NCBI GenBank assembly: GCA_902766115.1
Contig: CACXCL010000257.1
Span: forward strand, 1-28,400
Direction: 5' to 3'
Source of the DNA: an uncultured Ruminococcus sp.
GTDB lineage: Bacteria; Bacillota; Clostridia; Oscillospirales; CAG-272
Length of the DNA stretch: 28,400 nt
Shown here piece by piece: positions 16,043 through 24,316 of the stretch. The notes beneath the pieces were generated by a model. The model was given only the letters and a program-made list of their open reading frames with translations. It was not told the DNA's origin and made no database searches. Within the stretch, counting starts at the first letter, position 1; each line of letters begins with the position of its first letter. The translations under genes were made by a program, and so were the position numbers.

Positions 16043-17011
16043 TTAGTCGATCTGGGTCGCGGTAGCGGTAAGGGTAGCCGCGATGGTGGTGTTGGCGTTG
16101 TCATCAGTGATAACACCAGCAGCAACGTTGCCGAGGTAGGTGTCAGCCGCATCGACGATGGGATCTGCCGCATTGTCCACTATCTTCTCAAACGCCCAAG
16201 CCCAAGAAAGTTCGAACGTGAAGTCCATCTCTTTGTTGGGATCAAAGTCGTAGGAGAGTTTGAACGTGCCAGTGGCAGGATCAGCATCGAGCTGGAAGTT
16301 ACGACCACCGGAAACAATATTTCCAAGAACGGTCTCAACGATCTGCGTGTAAGTATCATCGTCAGCAACCTTTTTAAGGATAGCGATCGCATCAAAGAAG
16401 GAGCAACCATCTTTAGAGAAGCCGTAGCTCTCAGCAGCCGCAAGAAGTGTGGGGTACTGTCCAAGAGCTCTATAAAGATCGGTCGCAACATCGTAGGAAG
16501 CGCTTCCCTTGGAAATCTTGAGGTTCCACTTAACAGGAGCATAGTCCTTGTCAAGATTGAATGTGCCGGTGTAACCGTAAGTACCGTCAGCAGCCTTTAC
16601 GAGCTGAGTGTAATCGGTGTAGGTGCCCTTCTTCAGAACGACATCTTTAACAGCCTTGCCCTCAAGGGTGTAACGAGTAGCAACCTCGGGGGTACCCTTA
16701 ACGGTAGCAACCATGCCGAGACCGTCATCTGCGTCAGGAGTACCGGGAGCTACAACGGCTTCGCCTTCAACAGACGAAACGACGGAGTACTCTCCATCAT
16801 CTTCTGTATAAGCTTCATCAGTTGCGAGATACTTGTCAGCAAAGTTCTTGCCTTCAACAGTCAGCACCACGCCCCACTTTGCAACGCGGGCCTGATCTTC
16901 GCCTTCAGCCTTGGTCACGTACTTTGCGAACGTGCCGGAGATGGCGCATACGGAGATGAGAGTAAGAGCAAGCAGAAGCGAGAATACTCTCATAACATTG
17001 TTCTTCTTCAT
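16043..17011 (-). CDS. Probable major fibre subunit with SipW-cognate signal peptide (TasA/camelysin-like, 322 aa)
   Basis: MKK, hydrophobic core, SGTFA-KYVTK (compare TasA GTWA-AF); VVAPGT; WAWAFE...DAADTYLGN; ends ATQID; strong RBS GAAAGGAG; lower G+C with T-ending codons. Confidence 0.8.
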   Translation of the reverse strand: MKKNNVMRVFSLLLALTLISVCAISGTFAKYVTKAEGEDQARVAKWGVVLTVEGKNFADKYLATDEAYTEDDGEYSVVSSVEGEAVVAPGTPDADDGLGMVATVKGTPEVATRYTLEGKAVKDVVLKKGTYTDYTQLVKAADGTYGYTGTFNLDKDYAPVKWNLKISKGSASYDVATDLYRALGQYPTLLAAAESYGFSKDGCSFFDAIAILKKVADDDTYTQIVETVLGNIVSGGRNFQLDADPATGTFKLSYDFDPNKEMDFTFELSWAWAFEKIVDNAADPIVDAADTYLGNVAAGVITDDNANTTIAATLTATATQID

Positions 17012-17241
17012 TTGAGAAAAACTCCTTTCATAATTTGCCTTTCGGCTTTAGATTCTTCCCTCCTCGGCCGGCGAGACGATAATGGGTCCTACGCTTCGTG
17101 GCGTGTTCCGTTCCGTCCGAACCACTTCCGGGGGAGAATTGATTTATATTCACCCCCGACGTGGCTTACGGGGGAAGAATACCTTAACTTGAGTGCGGCA
17201 CATGCCGCGGCCACTATGTTTGCGGGACCGCTCCCGCGGGG

Positions 17242-17961
17242 TCAGTTTTCGGGATCCTCGCCGTCTCCGGCGGTATCCACGGGGGTCTCGTCCTTTTCGG
17301 GAGCGGCCGGTTCCACCTCTTCCGACGGTTTTCCCTTTTCGGAGGCGGCTTGCTTTGCTTTGAGAGCCGCCAGCTCCTCAAGGAGCGCCTCGGTGTCCTT
17401 GTTTTTCGATTTCTCGTACTTCCTGCGGCGGATCAGCTCGAACGCCACCAGCAGCGCCAGCGGGATCGCGATGCACACGATGAGACCGGGGGTGGACTGC
17501 AGGAACATGGCGACGCTGCCCGCGCCCTTGATCTTTCCTTTATATATACCCACCAGGTTGTCGAACGGTGCGGGTGTGGGGTCTTCGGTGTTGTTGGCGT
17601 CACCTTTGGTCCGCCATGCCGGTTTCCCGTCATCAGTCTCGGTGATCTCCACCACCCGGTGGGTCAGCACTGAGGTCCCCGACCCGTCCGGATCGAAGAA
17701 CGCGATGACGTCGCCTTCCTTCACGTCCTCCGCCTTAAGAGCTTTGACGAAGATGAGGTCGCCGCTCTTGATGTCGGGGTACATGGAGTCCGTCAGGACG
17801 ATCAGCGGGGAGTAGCCTCCCACGGACGGGACCTTGCTCGGGTTCACCAGCCCCTTGATGATGATCGTCACGTTGACGACGAGTATAGGCACAAGGAGCA
17901 GGCACAGGACAATGCCGATGATCATCCCTGCCTTTCCCTGTTTCTTTTCCTTTTTTGTCAT
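17242..17961 (-). CDS. sipW: Signal peptidase I, SipW/ER-type (S26B), copy 1
   Basis: IVLTDSMYP (Ser), LTHRV (His), TKGDANNTED; two TM helices; first gene of the operon. Confidence 0.9.
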   Translation of the reverse strand: MTKKEKKQGKAGMIIGIVLCLLLVPILVVNVTIIIKGLVNPSKVPSVGGYSPLIVLTDSMYPDIKSGDLIFVKALKAEDVKEGDVIAFFDPDGSGTSVLTHRVVEITETDDGKPAWRTKGDANNTEDPTPAPFDNLVGIYKGKIKGAGSVAMFLQSTPGLIVCIAIPLALLVAFELIRRRKYEKSKNKDTEALLEELAALKAKQAASEKGKPSEEVEPAAPEKDETPVDTAGDGEDPEN

Positions 17962-18068
17962 AAATGAGCCAACCTTTCAAAAAGACTCCCCGGACAAGTC
18001 ACTTATCCGACCATCAGCCCGAGGTACTTTCTGCAAACAGAAACACTTCAAGACGGCATTCCAGTCTA

Positions 18069-18097
18069 ATTATACATTACGGTTTGCATCTTGTCAA
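18069..18097 (-). promoter_or_regulatory. Perfect-consensus SigA promoter of the SipW operon
   Basis: Minus strand TTGACA (18097-18092), 17 nt, TATAAT (18074-18069), about 100 nt upstream of sipW. Confidence 0.85.
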
Positions 18098-18379
18098 CAT
18101 TTTTCCGTAAAAAATTTCATTATTGCTTCATTAGCGGTTATAAAAATCGCATAAAAGCCCCGTATTGCACGATAAAGCCGGGATCTCCCGCGCCGTAAGG
18201 CTTCAGGCTGTTTTTCGTAATATGGATTTTCCCTGCCGGTTCGGGCAATTTCACCAAACGTCAACTGTTCCCATCCCGCAAAAGCGGCGTCGTATATCCG
18301 GCGCGTGAAAACAGCGAAAAAAGTCGGAAAATTCTTCCGTTTTCGTCAGCCGTTTCTACAAACGTCGACAGGGAGGCGG

Positions 18380-18388
18380 TGATATAAT
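18380..18388 (+). promoter_or_regulatory. Extended -10 promoter of the sortase-pilus operon
   Basis: TG-A-TATAAT, 26 nt before the GTG at 18415; no clear -35 element. Confidence 0.55.
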
Positions 18389-18414
18389 CGCAAAAACGGG
18401 ACAGAAACCGGACG

Positions 18415-18999
18415 GTGAAAACGGAGAATATCGGCGTGAATGAGCAAAACGGAACGGCTGAGCGGGCAAAACCCGAAAAAAAGAACGGAAAACGGTATTT
18501 TGCCGCGCTGAGGAGTACGGCGGGCCGGCTCATCGTGGCCGCCGCCGCGGCGGTTCTGATCGCCACGACTCTGACGCCGGTGATGCGGATCTACGGGACG
18601 TCCATGACTCCCACAATAAGCGAGGGCGACGTGGTCCTGGCTCTGAAGGGGGTCCGCGTCCGTCAAGGAGACGTCGTAGGGCTCTACTACGGGAACAAGC
18701 TTCTGGTGAAACGCGTTATCGCCGGTCCGGGGCAGGAAGTGGACATTGACCCGGACGGGAACGTGACGGTGGACGGACGTCTTCTCGACGAGCCGTACCT
18801 CGACGACCGGTCCTACGGCACGGTGGACATCACGCTCCCCTGCCGCGTGCCGGACGGGCGGTACTTCGTGATGGGAGACCACAGAAGCTCCTCCGCCGAC
18901 AGCAGAAGCTCGGACGTGGGGCTTGTATCCCGGGAACAGATCGTCGGGAAGATATTTTTCAGGGTCTGGCCCGCGTCCCGGATGGGACCGGTAAAGTGA
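18415..18999 (+). CDS. lepB: Pilus-associated signal peptidase I, LepB-type (S26A)
   Basis: IYGTSMTPT (Ser), LLVKRVIA (Lys), YFVMGDHRSSSADSR; one N-terminal TM helix. Start codon uncertain. Confidence 0.9.
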   Translation: MKTENIGVNEQNGTAERAKPEKKNGKRYFAALRSTAGRLIVAAAAAVLIATTLTPVMRIYGTSMTPTISEGDVVLALKGVRVRQGDVVGLYYGNKLLVKRVIAGPGQEVDIDPDGNVTVDGRLLDEPYLDDRSYGTVDITLPCRVPDGRYFVMGDHRSSSADSRSSDVGLVSREQIVGKIFFRVWPASRMGPVK

Positions 19000-19044
19000 T
19001 AAACAAAGCGATATATAAAGTGAAAGGTTCGGAGGGAGGCGCCC

Positions 19045-22000
19045 ATGAGGTATGCCATGGAGATGAACGGTAAGGGAAGAAAAAGCAGGACCCGTTTCGG
19101 GATAAAGCGACGCGCTCTGCAGGCACTGGCAGCACTTCTGTCGCTTGCGGCGGCGGTGGCTGCGGGATGCGCCGTGATGCTCCCGGCGTCCACTTTGGAC
19201 GAAAGAGGCGGCGCGCCGTACGACGGAGGCGTGACACGTTCTCCGGGGGTGATGAAATTCAAAATAAACGTCTTCGACAGGTATACCGGAGAGGCGGTGC
19301 CCGGCGTGCCGGTGGAAGTGATCTACAGGGGAACTTCCGGCACCACGCTGTTCACCGAAACGTCCGACGTGCGCGGCGTGGCGTACCGGGAGATGAACTA
19401 TTCCTCCGCCGGGAACAACTATCAGATAATGCTCGGAGGCGTGGCGGTGGACGGTGTGGGAAGTCACCGCTTCGACTTCGGACCTGCAGGCGGATCGGGC
19501 TTCAGTCTCGACATAAGCGCCGACGGACGGATCCGCCGCTTTGCGGGAGGCGAGCACACCCACGCCCGTGAGGGCGTTACAGGATCCGGAGCGAGATACG
19601 ACGACGCGCAGCTAAACAATCACGGTTCCGCGCGCCATCCCTGGATCGACGAGGGAGCCACGGTGGAGATGGATCTGTGGGTGGCGGACAACCGCGGCTA
19701 TCACGACGTGATATTCGATGTGGACGGTCTCAGCAACGGAGCGGATTTCCCGTCCGTCACGGCGGCTCACGGAGACGCCGCCGCCGAACCTCAGCCGGAG
19801 CCGCAAAGCGATCTCTATCCGGCGGACAGATGGCGGTTCGAGGCATGGTACAGGGGCGGGCAGCCCTATGATTTTTCTTCTCCGGTGGTCTGCAACGTGG
19901 GACTGACTCCCCATTTTGTCAGAACGGCGTACGGGGTGGAGTTCGACACGTCGCGGATCGCCGACCCGGACGGATACAGCCCGTTCACAGTGGCGGCGGG
20001 GCAGTCGGTCGGCGACGTCACATCCCTCCCCGATCCGGTGAACCGGGACGACCCGTCCCTTGTCTTCTCCCACTGGACAGCGGGAGGCGAAGTCTTCGAT
20101 CCGTCGGCGCCTCTGACGGACGACGTGACTCTCGTCCCCGTCTGGGAAGGGGACGGTCCCCGGGGGATCATCCACTTTGAAGTATATATGTGGGATCACG
20201 ACGCCTACTGGAGCGCGCCCAAAACGAAACTTCCCGCGCCGGTGACCGTCAACGGAGTGACGGGCAACTACCGGGCGGAGGATTATCTATCAAACGACGG
20301 ATGGACCTCCATTCCCGTCGAGGGGCTGGATTTCGTACTCAAGACCTACGCGGACGATCCTGCGCAGATCGGCGGAGGATACAGCGGCGGCATCGTGGAG
20401 GATTCGCTCAAATCTCCGGTGGGGACGACCGACTGGTCCGAGTCCCGGGTCACCACCGACGCGGCGGGTCGCGCAACCTACGAGATCGACGGAGAGGGGC
20501 TCTCTCTCCTCACCCCGGACTGGAGGATCGACACGGACCCGGACAGCTCCGACATGGCGCGGTACGACCGCGGTACCGGCTACGGCATGGAGGAGACCAC
20601 CTTCGACTGGGACTGGTACGTTAAGGGCGCCGACGGCGCCGGCGCGGGTCTCGTCGGGGTGCGGTACATCCGGGAGGGAGCGCGCCACGACAACTCGGGC
20701 GTGCTCATCAGCGGCAGGAACGACAACGACAACGCGTATATCACGCAGGACATGAGAGAAAACGGATTCGAGTTCACCTTCGTCTGCTACGTGGTCCCGG
20801 CTTGTACCGTGAAATTCGACCTCGACGGCGGCTCGCCGCCCGGGGGCGCCTCGTGGGACAGCTACGCCATGCAGACCATAAGCCCCGTGGATTCCACCGG
20901 AAGCCCCGTGGAGACTTTCTTCGCGGTGAGACCGCCGGATCCCGCAAAGGACGGATCGGTCTTTGCCGGGTGGTACGAGGTGCGGTATCTGTACGACGGG
21001 AACACCGGGGAATACACGGAATACCTTGACTCGGAGCACTACGATTTCGACCGGGAGGTGACCCACTCGATGACGCTCCGGGCGGTCTACACCGACAGGC
21101 TCTACACGGCGCGGTGGGTGACCCCCGGCTGGGAAGCGGCGGGCTTCCCCGATTCTCCGCCCTCGCTCATCGAGATGCGTAACAGCTATCCCGACGGGGA
21201 GAGACCGTCATACGACAGCGACCTTCCCGGGGGATACACGGACGGCGGGGTGAAATACGCCTTCTCCGGGTGGGACCTGTACGTCGCCGACTCCGCGGGG
21301 GAAAAGGATTTCGGCCCCGCGGGAAGATACGCCTTTTCGGCATTCGTGCCCCTCGGGGAGATGACCCGGATGACTGCCGGCGGGGGCGAATATTATCTGT
21401 CGCCTGCGCCGATCGACGGCGCGGACCAGGTGTACGTCGCCCGGTTCGAACCTGTCGAGAAGACCGTGACGGTGTCGAAATCCGTCACGAACGGCATGGG
21501 TTCGTTCCCGTTCGAGCTCAGCGTGACCGGTCCCGGCGGCGAGCCGGTATCGCTCGCGTCGGCGGGGGTCGTCCTCCCTGACGGTGTCACGCTGAAGGAA
21601 GGATCCGCGGAAACAGCGGTCTTTTCCCTCGGCGACGGGGAAAGCCTCGCCCTGTCCCTGCCGGTGTCGTTCAACGGGCAGCCCTGCCTCTTCACGGTGC
21701 GGGAGACCGACCCGCGAGACTTTGACGCGTCATACTCGGTGGACGGCGGCGGGGCGGTAAGAGGTGACGCGACGGACGCGCTCCCGGTGGGCGAGACGGA
21801 TACGGTGTCCTTCGTCAACGGGCGCGAAGTCGTTCCGGTCACAGTGACGAAAACCGTGGTGAACGGATCCGGGACGTTCCGGTTCACGGCGTCCGTGACA
21901 AAGAACGGCGAGCCGGTCGATCTGCGCGGCGTCTCCGGTCAGACAGCCGTGCTGTCCGGGGACTCGTACGACAAGCTTTCCTTCTCTCTCGGGAACGGAG

Positions 22001-22665
22001 ACAGCGAGACACTGTATCTGCCCGCCGGGTGCGACCTCACCGTAACGGAAGAACACCGGGAGGGCTTCGTGACGGAATACTCCGTCGGCGGCGACGCGGC
22101 CGAGGGCAACTCCGCCGTGATCGCGGGGGTCTCCGGCGGGGAGACGGTGGAGTTCATCAATACGGGAACAGTCCTTCCCTCCCTTACCGTGAGGAAAACG
22201 GTGGCGGGAGCCGCGACAGAGGAGAAATTCCTCTTCTCGCTGGAGCTCTACGACGGCGACGGCGAGAGGATCGGGGATCTGTCCGCCCTCGGCGGGGAGA
22301 ACCTCTCCGTCGACGGCGATACGGCGACTTTCCTTCTCGGAGACGGAGAGGAGATCGTGATCACCTCGGTCCCCTCCGGAGCGACGGCGGTGGTGACGGA
22401 GACGTCACATCCGGGATATCTGGCGTCATACCGCATTGGCGATTCCTCCTCCCGGGAGGGCGACGCGTGCACGGTACCCGCTTTGGGCGGCGACGTCGCC
22501 GTGACCTTCACAAACAGACCCGGGTTCGAACTTCCCGCAACTGGCGGCTCCGGCACATTTCTTTACACATTAGGCGGATGCGCTCTCATGGCTTCCGCTC
22601 TGATGCTCGGTCTCACTTTGGGGCGCACAAGGGAAAGGAGGGCCGGAAAACAGCGTTCCTTTTAA
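19045..22665 (+). CDS. Pilus tip adhesin / ancillary pilin (1206 aa), LPATG-anchored
   Basis: Long signal peptide; about four InlB B-repeat-like modules; three C-terminal Ig-like repeats (VTVxKxV...FSLGxGxS...VxFxN); LPATGGSG, TM helix, basic tail; RBS GGAGG. Confidence 0.85.
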   Translation: MRYAMEMNGKGRKSRTRFGIKRRALQALAALLSLAAAVAAGCAVMLPASTLDERGGAPYDGGVTRSPGVMKFKINVFDRYTGEAVPGVPVEVIYRGTSGTTLFTETSDVRGVAYREMNYSSAGNNYQIMLGGVAVDGVGSHRFDFGPAGGSGFSLDISADGRIRRFAGGEHTHAREGVTGSGARYDDAQLNNHGSARHPWIDEGATVEMDLWVADNRGYHDVIFDVDGLSNGADFPSVTAAHGDAAAEPQPEPQSDLYPADRWRFEAWYRGGQPYDFSSPVVCNVGLTPHFVRTAYGVEFDTSRIADPDGYSPFTVAAGQSVGDVTSLPDPVNRDDPSLVFSHWTAGGEVFDPSAPLTDDVTLVPVWEGDGPRGIIHFEVYMWDHDAYWSAPKTKLPAPVTVNGVTGNYRAEDYLSNDGWTSIPVEGLDFVLKTYADDPAQIGGGYSGGIVEDSLKSPVGTTDWSESRVTTDAAGRATYEIDGEGLSLLTPDWRIDTDPDSSDMARYDRGTGYGMEETTFDWDWYVKGADGAGAGLVGVRYIREGARHDNSGVLISGRNDNDNAYITQDMRENGFEFTFVCYVVPACTVKFDLDGGSPPGGASWDSYAMQTISPVDSTGSPVETFFAVRPPDPAKDGSVFAGWYEVRYLYDGNTGEYTEYLDSEHYDFDREVTHSMTLRAVYTDRLYTARWVTPGWEAAGFPDSPPSLIEMRNSYPDGERPSYDSDLPGGYTDGGVKYAFSGWDLYVADSAGEKDFGPAGRYAFSAFVPLGEMTRMTAGGGEYYLSPAPIDGADQVYVARFEPVEKTVTVSKSVTNGMGSFPFELSVTGPGGEPVSLASAGVVLPDGVTLKEGSAETAVFSLGDGESLALSLPVSFNGQPCLFTVRETDPRDFDASYSVDGGGAVRGDATDALPVGETDTVSFVNGREVVPVTVTKTVVNGSGTFRFTASVTKNGEPVDLRGVSGQTAVLSGDSYDKLSFSLGNGDSETLYLPAGCDLTVTEEHREGFVTEYSVGGDAAEGNSAVIAGVSGGETVEFINTGTVLPSLTVRKTVAGAATEEKFLFSLELYDGDGERIGDLSALGGENLSVDGDTATFLLGDGEEIVITSVPSGATAVVTETSHPGYLASYRIGDSSSREGDACTVPALGGDVAVTFTNRPGFELPATGGSGTFLYTLGGCALMASALMLGLTLGRTRERRAGKQRSF

Positions 22666-22740
22666 CCGCGGCAATAACTCGCGCCCGGTCGTGACCGAAT
22701 AATAAAACAACAAATCAAAACAAAGAAAGGAAGCAACACA

Positions 22741-24249
22741 ATGAAAGCAAGAAAGATCCTCGCACTTGTCCTTGCCGTCCTTATGGCGGCGACACTGGGG
22801 ACCGCGATCTTCGCGGCCACCTCAGAAGAAGACGGGACCGGAAGCATCACCGTCCGGAACCCCGCGCCCGGCAAGACCTACACGGCGTACAAACTGTTCG
22901 ACATGACCTACGACGGCGAAGGCCATTACGCGTACACCTTCGACGTGATGGGCGGCGCCACCACGCGGTTCCTCTCAGCCATGAAGCAGTACGCCGGCAG
23001 GGAGAACAGCGGGTTCACCGTGACGAAGTCCAACACCGACTCCGTCTACACCGTTGATTTCACCGCAGACTTCAGCGCGGCGGATTTCGCGGCGTTCCTC
23101 TCGGATTATCTCGAGACCTGGCCCGATACCATACTGAGCGTTTACCCGCTGGAGAACGGCACGGTCGATGATCTGCCCCTGGCATACTATTTCGTGACCA
23201 CCGACAACGGCTCCCTCTGCAACCTGACAAGCACGGATCCCGACGCCGTGATCTACGACAAGAACGTGCCCCTCGTGATCGAAAAGACAGCTGACGACGA
23301 CGACGGAACGGTCCTTGTGGGACAGGAGATCACCTACACCGTCACCGGCGCCCTTCCCGAGGATATCACGGGTTACACCGCCTTCTACTATGAGATCTCC
23401 GACACCATGAGCGAAGGTCTCACCTTCTCCGGATCGATCCGCGTCCTCTTCGGGGACGACGTCGTCTTCGACAACGGCGACGGTGCGACCGTCGCGGATC
23501 CCGTCGGCGCCTACACCGCAGGAAGCAACGGCTTTACATGGCGCGCGGATCTTGTCGGACTCGAGGACCATCTCGGCGACGCCGTCACGGTGATCTACAC
23601 CGCCACGGTGAACGGGAACGCCGTGGAGCGCGACGGAGAGACCAACTCCGCGACGCTCAGATACAGCAACGATCCTGCCGACGCCACCTCCTTCTGTGAG
23701 GACAATCCGCCGGCAGTGGTCGAGGTGTACACCTTCAACGTGGACGTGATAAAGGTCGACAGCGCGGACGACACGGCGACCCTTGCCGGAGCGGAATTCG
23801 TGCTCTACAGGGAGGACGGGGTCGAAGACCTGTACTACTCATACGCCAACGGCGCGGTGAGCTGGGTCAGCGAGTCGGAAGCCTCCGTTATGACCACCGG
23901 ACAGAACGGCAAGGTCTCCTTCGACGGTCTTGACGCCGGGACATATTACCTCGTGGAGAAAAAGGCGCCTCTGGGCTTCAAGAAAGCCACCGATCCCTTC
24001 GTCATCGTCCTCACCCTGACCGACGGCGCGACCGCGGGCGAAAAAGTCCTTGCCGCATCCATCGACGGCGTCGCAATGGAGACGGACGGCGACACCATGA
24101 CGGCGACCTGCACCGTCGCCAACCCGGCGGGAACTGTCCTGCCCGAGACCGGCGGAATGGGTACGACGGTACTTTACGTGATCGGCGGTATCCTTATCGC
24201 AGTGGCGATCACGGTGCTCGTCACCAAGAAGCGCGTCGGCGCGAAATAA
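22741..24249 (+). CDS. Pilus backbone (major) pilin with isopeptide domains
   Basis: Signal peptide; pilin-motif-like IYDKN; IEK...ITYTV...YEISDTMSEGL D2-type domain; E-box YYLVEKKAPLGF; LPETGGMG, TM helix, KKR. Confidence 0.92.
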   Translation: MKARKILALVLAVLMAATLGTAIFAATSEEDGTGSITVRNPAPGKTYTAYKLFDMTYDGEGHYAYTFDVMGGATTRFLSAMKQYAGRENSGFTVTKSNTDSVYTVDFTADFSAADFAAFLSDYLETWPDTILSVYPLENGTVDDLPLAYYFVTTDNGSLCNLTSTDPDAVIYDKNVPLVIEKTADDDDGTVLVGQEITYTVTGALPEDITGYTAFYYEISDTMSEGLTFSGSIRVLFGDDVVFDNGDGATVADPVGAYTAGSNGFTWRADLVGLEDHLGDAVTVIYTATVNGNAVERDGETNSATLRYSNDPADATSFCEDNPPAVVEVYTFNVDVIKVDSADDTATLAGAEFVLYREDGVEDLYYSYANGAVSWVSESEASVMTTGQNGKVSFDGLDAGTYYLVEKKAPLGFKKATDPFVIVLTLTDGATAGEKVLAASIDGVAMETDGDTMTATCTVANPAGTVLPETGGMGTTVLYVIGGILIAVAITVLVTKKRVGAK

Positions 24250-24266
24250 ACCGTTTCGGACGCTTG

Positions 24267-24291
24267 CGGGGAGGGGGCTTCCCCTCCCCGG
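24267..24291 (+). terminator. GC stem-loop without U-tract after the backbone pilin (approximate coordinates)
   Basis: GGGAGGGG-gctt-CCCCTCCC inverted repeat directly after the TAA; no poly-T follows. Confidence 0.6.
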
Positions 24292-24316
24292 ATAAAGCAC
24301 AAAGGAGAGCGCGGCA

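Noticed and set aside
17962-18068. Cyclic-di-GMP or other riboswitch in the operon 5' UTR (hairpin CGGATAAG-tga-CTTGTCCG) or near GCC-GAAA-GGC at about 17036-17047
   Set aside because: The GEMM core (GGCAAAC...GAAA...GACGCAAAG) and other consensus elements I know are absent; isolated hairpins are insufficient. An Rfam scan would settle it.
18138-18180. ATAAA(A)GCC-like direct repeats upstream of the -35 element as regulator sites
   Set aside because: Short, imperfect and in A+T-rich DNA; not distinguishable from chance without orthologous promoters.
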